From the NCBI GenBank assembly GCA_026415035.1, contig JAOAHX010000022.1:23026-55025 (forward strand): a DNA stretch of 32,000 nt. The letters run 5' to 3'. The notes below the pieces were generated by a model, which saw only the letters and a program-made list of their open reading frames with translations, had not been told where the DNA came from and ran no database searches. Shown in pieces: positions 18,102 to 25,824 of the stretch. Position 1 is the first letter of the stretch, and each line of letters begins with the position of its first letter. The position numbers were made by a program, and so were the translations under genes. The DNA is from Thermodesulfobacteriota bacterium. GTDB lineage: Bacteria; Desulfobacterota; BSN033; UBA1163.

Positions 18102-19910
18102 CTACTGCTCGAGGAGCAGGCGACCGAGCCTCTCCCGCTCGATCCCCATCCATTCCCACGCCTCGACGTATACCGCTTTCCCTTTCTCGTCGTAAGGGTC
18201 GACAAGGATCTTCCTCAGAAAGAAAGGAGAATTCCTGACATGACATTCTTTGCAGCCTTTGGCCCCGAGAGCGAGGGACCCGGGCCGGACGTTGTGGTTG
18301 AGGGAGAGGTCCGTCGGTCGGGCCCTATCGTGGGGAATCTTCTCCACCGCCCCTTTTTTATCCAATCGATAGAGAAATCCTCCCTTGAGGAGGACGGGCA
18401 GCTCGGCGATGGGATTTCCGAAGCGGTCTCTTCCTTTGAGGGCGAGGAGGAAGGATCGAATCTCCTCGAGGCTGTTCACCTCTGGAACGCCGTCCCCGTT
18501 GTCATCTCGGAGGGGCGGTTTCTTCATCTCCCGGATCTTCCAGAGCGGGATGGGTCTGACGACATTCCTCTTTTCGTCCAGATCTCCCCAGTAGATCGGA
18601 AGGGCGGGCTTCACCGGTACGATCTTTCCCTTGAAATTCCTGAGACCAGGGTACCAGAGAGGGGACCTCGCTCCGGCGGAGGGGATGAAGTCCGAGGTCT
18701 CATAGATCCGTGTCTCTCCGGTGGTGTGATCATAGACGAGCTCCGCGGAAAGGGACCGGTAAGGAAGGTGGCAGGTCTGGCAGGCGATCCTCCGCAGGTG
18801 GCGGGGCGAGAAGGGGTGGCGGGGGCGGGGCGCTTTGCGATCCCTTCTTTTGTAGTGGCAGTCCTCGCAGGAAGGCATCGTCTGGTCCAGGTCGTCTCGG
18901 ACCGTCAACGAGAGGGAATCTCCCTTGGCGATCTGGTGTTCCTTGTTCCCCGGATGGCAGGAGACGCACTCCATCCCTCTGGCCCGGTGGACATCCGTCT
19001 CGGGGCTCCACTCGTATCCCCTCTTCTTTTCTCCATAGGGGGCATGGCAGGACCAGCAATTCTCGGAAGGAGGCCTTCGGACGATCTGAACATGGAGGTT
19101 TTCGAAATCGGCCACCTCCTTGTTGGTGTAATCGATCCGCGGGGAGCCGGTCTGGGCCTCAGGGGTTTGTGGAGAAGGAGGTTTGAAGGTGGCCCAGCCC
19201 GCTCCTGCCGCAGGTCCGTAGCGAAACAGCCCCGCCCTCAGAAAGGCCGCGCGTTCTTTCCATCGATATCCCGGGAGGTGGCAGATGAGACAGTCCGCTT
19301 CGTTCACCCCGCTTCGGTCCCAAGGGGCGCCGTAATTCTCATGGCCTCCGCTGAAAGGGGTATAATCCCCGTCGAGGTGAGGAGGCTCGCCAAAAAATTC
19401 ATAGCCAAACTTCCGTTTCGAGGGATCGTAGTAAGGGTTTCCCCTTCGATCGAACTCGGCCCATCCTCCTCCTGGATGGCAGGGGCCGCAATTCCGGACG
19501 TAGAAGAAGGTGGATCGATCCATTTCGGAAAAGGTCCGATTCGTTTTTCGGGAGAGGAGGCTCGCATCGGGTGAGAGGGGAGAGTATTTTCCATAGAGCC
19601 CGGAGGAGAGACTCCCGGGCGTTTGGGGATCGAAGGTGTCGCTCACCGCGATCTTCCCCGACCCATCCAGGCGGCCCTGTTGGAAGTGGTACCCCTTTGT
19701 GATCTGGTCGTAGTCGTGGCAGGCACCGCAGGTCTTTTTGGGGCTGTAGGGAGACTGGCTCCCCATCGTGAGGGGAGTTCCCTCGTGGTCCCTCAATACG
19801 ATCTTCGGATGAGGGGAAGTCCCGGAGGAGATCGAAGAAGGAGTCGGGGAGAAGAGACCAAGGCCGGCCAGCGCGATCAAAAAGAACGACCCAAAGAGGA
19901 ATCGTTTCAG
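18102..19910 (-). CDS. Multiheme cytochrome c (8 CXXCH motifs), secreted
   Basis: CXXCH: CGACH, CGPCH, CLICH, CWSCH, CVSCH, CEDCH, CQTCH, CKECH. The track starts it at TTG 19880; reading frame-continuous upstream to CTG at 19910 restores a signal peptide (LKRFLFGSFFLIALAGLGLFS). Confidence 0.85.
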   Translation of the reverse strand: MKRFLFGSFFLIALAGLGLFSPTPSSISSGTSPHPKIVLRDHEGTPLTMGSQSPYSPKKTCGACHDYDQITKGYHFQQGRLDGSGKIAVSDTFDPQTPGSLSSGLYGKYSPLSPDASLLSRKTNRTFSEMDRSTFFYVRNCGPCHPGGGWAEFDRRGNPYYDPSKRKFGYEFFGEPPHLDGDYTPFSGGHENYGAPWDRSGVNEADCLICHLPGYRWKERAAFLRAGLFRYGPAAGAGWATFKPPSPQTPEAQTGSPRIDYTNKEVADFENLHVQIVRRPPSENCWSCHAPYGEKKRGYEWSPETDVHRARGMECVSCHPGNKEHQIAKGDSLSLTVRDDLDQTMPSCEDCHYKRRDRKAPRPRHPFSPRHLRRIACQTCHLPYRSLSAELVYDHTTGETRIYETSDFIPSAGARSPLWYPGLRNFKGKIVPVKPALPIYWGDLDEKRNVVRPIPLWKIREMKKPPLRDDNGDGVPEVNSLEEIRSFLLALKGRDRFGNPIAELPVLLKGGFLYRLDKKGAVEKIPHDRARPTDLSLNHNVRPGSLALGAKGCKECHVRNSPFFLRKILVDPYDEKGKAVYVEAWEWMGIERERLGRLLLEQ

Positions 19911-20542
19911 CGAGGGTCACCTCCCTTCAAACAGGGTCGGTCCAAGGCCCTGGGACGGGCCCCCGAGAGCCCCTTTTTCCGACGGGCGATCTCCCGTCTG
20001 GCCATCTCCTTTGCCGAATCGGTCAAGAACCATCGGCCGATGGCCTGTTCGAGGTAGGCGAGCCAAGCGGGCTGGGAGAGGTTAAACCGGTTGGCATCGA
20101 TCGCCACCCCCCTGGCCGAGTAACGCCAGAGTTTGTCCGCATCTTTCACGATCCGATCGTTGAGGGAGAGGGGCCTCTTTCTCGAATCGTGGCCACGGAT
20201 GATCCGACAGATCTCCTCCGTTTTCTCTTTCGGATAACCCATCGTCTCGAGTATCGCCTTGGCGATCTTCGCCCCTTCCCGTTCATGGATCTTCATCAAT
20301 TTAGGGTTGGTGGCCTTGGGTCCAAAGGCCTGGAGGTGGAGGGATGCCGGAATGGCCATCCACCCGACATCGTGAAGCAGGATCGCTGGGATGATGACCT
20401 CTTCGTCGCCCCCTTCCCTCTCGATGAGTTTCAAGGCGTAGCGGCGGGCGATCCGGGTGTGGACCAGATTACACCGGATCTGAAGAAAGGGCCTGGCCAG
20501 CTCAAAGATCTTCTGATAGGTGCTGCCCCTGCGGCTTTTCAC
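19907..20542 (-). CDS. HD-domain phosphohydrolase family protein
   Basis: LLHDVGWMAI and IRGHDSRKRPLSLNDRIVKDADKLWRYS; proposed GTG start at 20542 (VKSRRGSTYQKIFELA), upstream part of the ORF looks non-coding. Confidence 0.75.
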   Translation of the reverse strand: MKSRRGSTYQKIFELARPFLQIRCNLVHTRIARRYALKLIEREGGDEEVIIPAILLHDVGWMAIPASLHLQAFGPKATNPKLMKIHEREGAKIAKAILETMGYPKEKTEEICRIIRGHDSRKRPLSLNDRIVKDADKLWRYSARGVAIDANRFNLSQPAWLAYLEQAIGRWFLTDSAKEMARREIARRKKGLSGARPRALDRPCLKGGDPR

Positions 20543-20608
20543 CTCAGCCCCTTCCTTCGTTGGGTTCGAATGGAAATTATGGTATGATAATTTGATCAGG
20601 GGATCAAG

Positions 20609-21178
20609 ATGAAGCGGATCTATCTGGACCGGAGGGTCTGGCAGGAGTCGAAAGAGAGCTGGGTGAGCTTCGAGAGCGATCCGAACCTTCGAATGACGAA
20701 GTGGAGTATTTATGGGCGCTGTGTCCCCTGCATCACCCATCTCTACGAGCAGTTACAGGCCGGCCGGGACGAAATCGAGTTGAAGGAGGCCTTCCACTGC
20801 TGGAAGGTGGTGGCGGTTCTGAACGATCAAGAGGAGTGCCTGGAGGTCCTCAAGGAGTACGAGGAACGGTTCCTCGGGGATCGCCCGGTCCGAGGGAAGT
20901 TCGGCTCGAGCCAACCGGAAAAGCCCACCAAGGTCTTGATGTTCCATACCGAGGACGAGGGGGAGAAAGACCGGCTTCTGAAGGAGCTGAAGGAGTGCGT
21001 GAAGAGGGTGAATCCGGAGGGAAAGGTCTTCTGTCAGAAGGCCTGTGCCAACCTCTACTATGAACTCCTGGGGGATTGGAGAGAGTGGAAAGAGGTGACC
21101 CGTATCAGGAATGCGGCGGTCCGTTCCGCATTGATCGAGCGGATCAAGAAATTGCTTTACTGGGAGAAAGACGGGTAG
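20609..21178 (+). CDS. Hypothetical protein (189 aa)
   Basis: Well-formed ORF with Cys-containing motifs (YGRCVPCITHLYEQL, GKVFCQKACANLYYELL); convergent overlap of 22 nt with the DUF120 gene. Confidence 0.65.
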   Translation: MKRIYLDRRVWQESKESWVSFESDPNLRMTKWSIYGRCVPCITHLYEQLQAGRDEIELKEAFHCWKVVAVLNDQEECLEVLKEYEERFLGDRPVRGKFGSSQPEKPTKVLMFHTEDEGEKDRLLKELKECVKRVNPEGKVFCQKACANLYYELLGDWREWKEVTRIRNAAVRSALIERIKKLLYWEKDG

Positions 21179-21561
21179 AGGAGGACCTCGATCTCGATCT
21201 CATCGCCTTCTTTTAAAGAGAGGGAGGTCTGGATCTTTTGGGAGGCGATGAGCTCCACCTTGTTTTCGGGATAATGTTCCACGAGGGGAAGAACGATGGC
21301 CCCCCTCAGGCGCTGATGGATGAGGACCGGGTAACAACGAGCCCTGCAGAAGGAGGGGTCTTCCGGGACGATTTCGATCCCCTCCCTCTTTTTGAGATCT
21401 TGGTAGGCCCGAAGCGAATCGAGGTCGTGGATCTGGAGGTTGAGGGTGCCGGGATAGGGATCGATGGAAAGTTTCTCGATGAACTGTCTTCGCACCCAGG
21501 GGATCTGGGTAAATTGATTCGCCTCTTTCAACCCCCCCACAATTTTTCCTCGAATCTTAAT
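21157..21561 (-). CDS. DUF120 domain protein, CTP-dependent riboflavin kinase-like (archaeal RibK type)
   Basis: IRGKIVGGLKEANQF, DPYPGTLNLQIHDLDSL, FCRARCYPVLI, AIVLPLVEHYPENKVELIAS, LSLKEGDEIEIEV. Track starts at GTG 21540; the family N-terminus (KIRGKIVGG) continues upstream to an ATT at 21561. Confidence 0.75.
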   Translation of the reverse strand: MKIRGKIVGGLKEANQFTQIPWVRRQFIEKLSIDPYPGTLNLQIHDLDSLRAYQDLKKREGIEIVPEDPSFCRARCYPVLIHQRLRGAIVLPLVEHYPENKVELIASQKIQTSLSLKEGDEIEIEVLLYPSFSQ

Positions 21562-22156
21562 GGTTCAACCCTCTCTTTTTCAGATGATTTTTGACCGTTT
21601 GGCTCCCCCAGCGGGCGAAGAGGTTGTGTTCGATATGGAAGAGGTCGAGGACCTTTCCGACGGTGTGGTTGATGAGGTCATCCATCGTCTTGGGGTGGAA
21701 ATAGAAGGCCGGGGCAGGCGGAAGGATGATCACCCCGAGGTCGGCCAGGTTCATCATCAGGTTGAGATGGCCTTTGTGGAGCGGGGTTTCCCGGACGACG
21801 AGGACCAGCTTTCGTCGTTCCTTGATCGTGACATCGGCGGCCCGGATCAGGAGGTTGAGGTTGAAAGAGTTGGCGATGGCCGAAAGGCTCTTAATCGAAC
21901 AGGGCATGACGACCATCCCGTCGGTCTGGAAGGAACCGCTGGCGATATCGGCCCCCACATCCTTGATGTCGTAGACCACCTTGGCCAGGGCCCGGACCTC
22001 CTCGACCCTCCAATCGGTCTCCATCCGGATGGTCTTCTCGCCCGCCTCCGTGATCACCAGGTGCGTCTCCACCTTGGATCTCGAGAGGACCTCGAGCAAT
22101 CGGATTCCGTAGATGGCCCCGGTGGCTCCCGAGATTCCCACGATCAACCGTTTCAT
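21557..22156 (-). CDS. ubiX: Flavin prenyltransferase UbiX
   Basis: MKRLIVGISGATGAIYGIRLLEVLS, FQTDGMVVMPCSIKSLSAIANSFNLNLLIRAADVTIKERRKLVLVVRETPLHKGHLNLMMNLADLGVIILPPAPAFYFHPKTMDDLI. Confidence 0.97.
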   Translation of the reverse strand: MKRLIVGISGATGAIYGIRLLEVLSRSKVETHLVITEAGEKTIRMETDWRVEEVRALAKVVYDIKDVGADIASGSFQTDGMVVMPCSIKSLSAIANSFNLNLLIRAADVTIKERRKLVLVVRETPLHKGHLNLMMNLADLGVIILPPAPAFYFHPKTMDDLINHTVGKVLDLFHIEHNLFARWGSQTVKNHLKKRGLNH

Positions 22157-23541
22157 CTCATTCCTTTCGCCTTGAGGTCGTGGAGAAGAGGGGAGAGCCT
22201 TCGTTTTACCTCCTCCGGGACATCGACCTTTTTGAACCCCTCGGGCCTCGGCCGCGTGGCATCCAACCCCATCTTGGCGGTGAAGAACCCCTCTCCCGCT
22301 GAAGGATCGATAGGTTGTCCCCTCATCTCGGTCAATACCATGAGGTCTCGGTCGGCCTGGAAACGGGTGGCCAGGGCCCATTCGATCTCCTGATTGCTGT
22401 GAAGGTCGATGTCCGGATTGACCGCCACTGCCTTTTTGATATGGGGAAAGGAGAGGGCCAAGGCCAGGGCCCTTCGGACCTCCGCCCGGCTATCGGTCTC
22501 TATGCTTATGACCGCATGGGAGCCGAAGGTTCCGGGGACGAAGCGTATCTCCCGGATGGCGGGGACCTCCCTTTTCATCTTTGGCACAAAGTCGAGGCCA
22601 TGGACGAGGTAGAGGAGGTTGTCCACCTCGAGGCTCCAGGGCACGATGGCGTGATAGAAGGCCCCCTTTTTCAGGGTAAGGGCCGTCACCTCGATGGAGG
22701 GGCTCCTGGAGAAGCCCATGTAATAGCCGCTCGATTCTCCGAGGACCCCGTCCTCTTCCTTACCCATGGGATCGATCACGCCTTCGATCACGATCTCGGC
22801 GCGGGCGGGGATTTCGAGATCGACGGTCTCCGCCTTGACCGTCTCGATCGCCCTTCCGATGAGACCTCCCACCAGGGCGAGCTTGTCCATTCCCGGAGGG
22901 GCTTTGAGTATGGGCGCGATGAAGATCAGGGGATCCAGGCCGATGGCCGTGGCGATCTCCATCTTTCTCCGTCTCTTTTTGTACTTCTCGTAGATTTCCG
23001 AAAGGGGAGGGTTGAGCAGGGAGATCCCGAGGCGGTCTTTGCCTCTGAGTTCCATTCGGTGAAGCCCCCGTCCCATCGCGCCGGTTTCGGGATCCCGGGC
23101 GGAAGAGACCCCCGAGGTGATGTAAGGACCGGAGTCGTCCTCATAGTGGGTGAGGATGGGCAACAGCCTCCTCAGGTCGAGGCCCTTTCCCCTTTTGATG
23201 ACCTCCTTGGGGGTCTCCTCGCGGACGAGGACAGGTGGGATTTCTTGTCCGAGGCGCTTAAGAAATTCCTCAAAGAGCGTTTCGGGCTCCGCCCGGAGGG
23301 CCAGGGCCAGGCGTCTTTTCGTTCCGAGAAGGTTACCGACCACGGGCACCCGATGGCCTTTGACCCGCTCAAAAAGGATCGCTGGTGAGTCCCGCTTCCC
23401 CAGCTCCGACAGGACCGCCGAGATTTCATATCGAGGGTCCAGCGGAAGCTTGATGGAAAGGAGGTCGCCTTGGGATCTCAAGGCGTCCAGAAAGTCACCC
23501 AGCCCTGAGATTGGCCTCAAGGAGGCTCCGGAAGAGATCAT
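22153..23541 (-). CDS. UbiD-family decarboxylase (copy A)
   Basis: GLHRMELRGKDRLGI, IPARAEIVIEGVIDP, GESSGYYMGFS, WSLEVDNLLYLVHG. Start set to MISSGASLRPISG, ATGA overlap with the upstream small ORF. Confidence 0.9.
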   Translation of the reverse strand: MISSGASLRPISGLGDFLDALRSQGDLLSIKLPLDPRYEISAVLSELGKRDSPAILFERVKGHRVPVVGNLLGTKRRLALALRAEPETLFEEFLKRLGQEIPPVLVREETPKEVIKRGKGLDLRRLLPILTHYEDDSGPYITSGVSSARDPETGAMGRGLHRMELRGKDRLGISLLNPPLSEIYEKYKKRRRKMEIATAIGLDPLIFIAPILKAPPGMDKLALVGGLIGRAIETVKAETVDLEIPARAEIVIEGVIDPMGKEEDGVLGESSGYYMGFSRSPSIEVTALTLKKGAFYHAIVPWSLEVDNLLYLVHGLDFVPKMKREVPAIREIRFVPGTFGSHAVISIETDSRAEVRRALALALSFPHIKKAVAVNPDIDLHSNQEIEWALATRFQADRDLMVLTEMRGQPIDPSAGEGFFTAKMGLDATRPRPEGFKKVDVPEEVKRRLSPLLHDLKAKGMR

Positions 23542-23795
23542 TGAAATTTGTTGACCTCTTTGAGGATCTTGATCGACCAGGGCCTCTCCTGGAGTTGACC
23601 CCTTCCCAGGCGGACCCACAGAAGGTCTGGGTATTTGGTCTCCGATTTGGAGACCATGGCAATGGCGTAGGTACTTCTGTATTTATAGCGGCGATCCTCA
23701 GGGGTGAGGTCTCGGACGATCATCTCCATCTCCTGGTCTTCTGGGAAGGTGTCGGGGTCTGTCAGAATGAAGGTGTCGTACTCTTTTCTGGCCAT
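23538..23795 (-). CDS. Small conserved-looking protein (85 aa) between two UbiD genes; candidate small subunit
   Basis: MARKEYDTFILTDPDTFPEDQEMEMIVRDLTPEDRRYKYRSTYAIAMVSKSETKYPDLLWVRLGRGQLQERPWSIKILKEVNKFQ; 11-nt gap from UbiD copy B, ATGA overlap with UbiD copy A. Confidence 0.75.
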   Translation of the reverse strand: MARKEYDTFILTDPDTFPEDQEMEMIVRDLTPEDRRYKYRSTYAIAMVSKSETKYPDLLWVRLGRGQLQERPWSIKILKEVNKFQ

Positions 23796-23806
23796 GCTCT
23801 CCCTCC

Positions 23807-25258
23807 TCAATCCTTGAATCCATAGGCTTTCCAGTTGGTCAAAACCTTTTCCTGAATCGCCTTGGGGTAGATATCGGGGTTGCTGAAATTGACCTTGATC
23901 GGAACCATCCCCTTCGGCCAATCGAGGGGGAAGGTGCAGTCGAAGAGGACCTGAGCGCCCCGGCTCCACTTTCGATCGGCGGGGTCGGCGAAGGGATAGA
24001 GCGGCGTTCCGGGGGCCTGTTCATATTTTCGAATGCCCCGGATGGGATGGCATTTGGTGCAGAGATCGTGAATCACCTCGTCCTTGTTGTAGATATCGGT
24101 TTTATCATCGACCACGACGACCATGTGGAACCAAGGGCTCAATTTCGATCCGAAGACGAGATTGGCAATCTGGGTGGCGATCCCGCTGTAGGCGACCTTG
24201 GTTCCGACGACGACAAGATGGTGGGTCGATTCGGGCCACATGAAGACCCCGGTGATGGGAATGCCCTGGCTTTCGAGGAGCTTTCTCATTTCAAGGCCTA
24301 ATGAAAAAGATCGCAGCAATTGCCCCTCGTCGGTGGGGACGCCCATATTGGAGACCGTCAAGATGGGGTTGTTGCGGAAGGTGATGGCCTTGATCCGGTA
24401 AACGGTCCTCGGTTCTCTCGGGGAGGTCCGATAGCCCGTATACTCTCCGAAGGGCGCCTCCTCGATCAAGACGTTGGGAATGACGTCTCCCTCGATGATG
24501 ATCTCGGCATGGGCCGGGACGAGGAGGTCGTTCGTTTCGCACGGGACCAGCTCCACGGGAGCGCCCATCAACATGCCCGTGAACTCGTCTTCGGGGATGG
24601 GGGAAGGGGCGCAGGCGGCCACCCCAGCCAGGGGATCGCAGCCGATGACCGTAGCAAAGGGCATGGGTTTGTTTTTGGGGACGTATTTTCCATAAAACAT
24701 CTTTCCCATGTCGGAAAAGGGAAGGACCGGGCCGACCATGGTCTTTTCGTCGAAGACCGACTGTCGGTACATCCCCCAGTTGACGAATCCGTTGTCAGGA
24801 TCTTTGGAGACGACGAAATGCCATGTGGCCAGATACCTCCCTCCATCTCCTCCGTGAACCATCGGGGCCGGCAACTTGAAGAGGTCAGCATCCTTGTCCA
24901 GCCAGATGTTCTCTTTACAGGGAGCCTTTTTCTTGTCGACGACGACCGGTTTGATCGGCTCTCCGGTCGTTCGCTTCACATACTCATCGGAGATTTCAGG
25001 CACGGAGGCATCTGGTTGCATGCCCATGGCGATGGCGAGCCGTTTGTAGGTGGCCAAAGGGGCCCCGAAGGCTTCGAATCCCGGATAGTCCCGAATCTTT
25101 TTAAAGTAGGGGGCAGGTGATTTCCGTTCGCAGACCCTGCGGACGATCGCGCCCATCTCAAGGTCCCAGTCCACCTCCTGGTGGATGGTGACGAGGTCGT
25201 CATGGGTCTCCAGGGCCTTGATGAATTCCCGATTATCTTTGTAAAACGTATAAGCCAT
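23807..25258 (-). CDS. UbiD-family decarboxylase (copy B)
   Basis: MAYTFYKDNREFIKALETHDDLVTIHQEVDWDLEMGAI, NWGMYRQSVFDEKTMG, VPAHAEIIIEGDVIPNVLIEEAPFGEYTGYRTSP. Confidence 0.93.
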   Translation of the reverse strand: MAYTFYKDNREFIKALETHDDLVTIHQEVDWDLEMGAIVRRVCERKSPAPYFKKIRDYPGFEAFGAPLATYKRLAIAMGMQPDASVPEISDEYVKRTTGEPIKPVVVDKKKAPCKENIWLDKDADLFKLPAPMVHGGDGGRYLATWHFVVSKDPDNGFVNWGMYRQSVFDEKTMVGPVLPFSDMGKMFYGKYVPKNKPMPFATVIGCDPLAGVAACAPSPIPEDEFTGMLMGAPVELVPCETNDLLVPAHAEIIIEGDVIPNVLIEEAPFGEYTGYRTSPREPRTVYRIKAITFRNNPILTVSNMGVPTDEGQLLRSFSLGLEMRKLLESQGIPITGVFMWPESTHHLVVVGTKVAYSGIATQIANLVFGSKLSPWFHMVVVVDDKTDIYNKDEVIHDLCTKCHPIRGIRKYEQAPGTPLYPFADPADRKWSRGAQVLFDCTFPLDWPKGMVPIKVNFSNPDIYPKAIQEKVLTNWKAYGFKD

Positions 25259-25281
25259 CACATCCTCCTTTCGGAATGGTT

Positions 25282-25824
25282 TTAATCCCCTTTCGAGAGT
25301 TTTTCGATCACGTCGGTCCACTTCCCCTGGGCCCTGAGGATGAATTCGGCCACCTCCCTGACCACCCCCCTTCCACCCCCTGCCAGGGTCACATAATCCG
25401 CCACCTCTTTGGCCTCGACCGAGCCGTCTGAGGGGGCGACCGAAAAACCGACCCGCTTCATGACGCCCAGGTCGATCATCTCGTCCCCGACGTAGCAGAT
25501 CTCCTCGTCCTTGAGGCCAGAGTCTTTTTCAAATTCATCGAGCTTTCCGATCTTGGCCGAGGTCCCCCATAATTTCTCCAGCGGGACCCCGTAGATCTTC
25601 CCCACCTGTTCATCCGTCCTCGTGATTTTACTGGTCAGGAAGGCCACGCCGATCCCCCCTTCCTGGAGGGCCAGGCATCCCAGACGGTCGCGAAGGGAGA
25701 AGCATTCCGACTTCTTCCCATCATCCGTATAATATAGGGTGTTATCCGTCAGGATCCCGTGAATGTCGAGGATCACAAACTTTACCTTTTTGGCTTTCTC
25801 AACGGCCTGCTCCCTGTCTTTCAT
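25282..25824 (-). CDS. KdsC-like HAD hydrolase (phenylphosphate carboxylase delta-subunit-like), copy 1
   Basis: VILDIHGILTDNTLYYTDDG, FLTSK, SAKIGKLDEF, CYVGDEMIDLGVMKRVGFSVAPSD, ADYVTLAGGGRGVVREVAEFIL. Confidence 0.88.
   Translation of the reverse strand: MKDREQAVEKAKKVKFVILDIHGILTDNTLYYTDDGKKSECFSLRDRLGCLALQEGGIGVAFLTSKITRTDEQVGKIYGVPLEKLWGTSAKIGKLDEFEKDSGLKDEEICYVGDEMIDLGVMKRVGFSVAPSDGSVEAKEVADYVTLAGGGRGVVREVAEFILRAQGKWTDVIEKLSKGD

Noticed and set aside
18240-19574. 444-aa plus-strand ORF opposite the cytochrome c gene
   Set aside because: The minus strand encodes eight CXXCH motifs in one frame; the plus-strand ORF is a GC-rich shadow.
22315-23388. 357-aa plus-strand ORF opposite UbiD copy A
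   Set aside because: Shadow ORF antisense to a well-supported UbiD coding frame.
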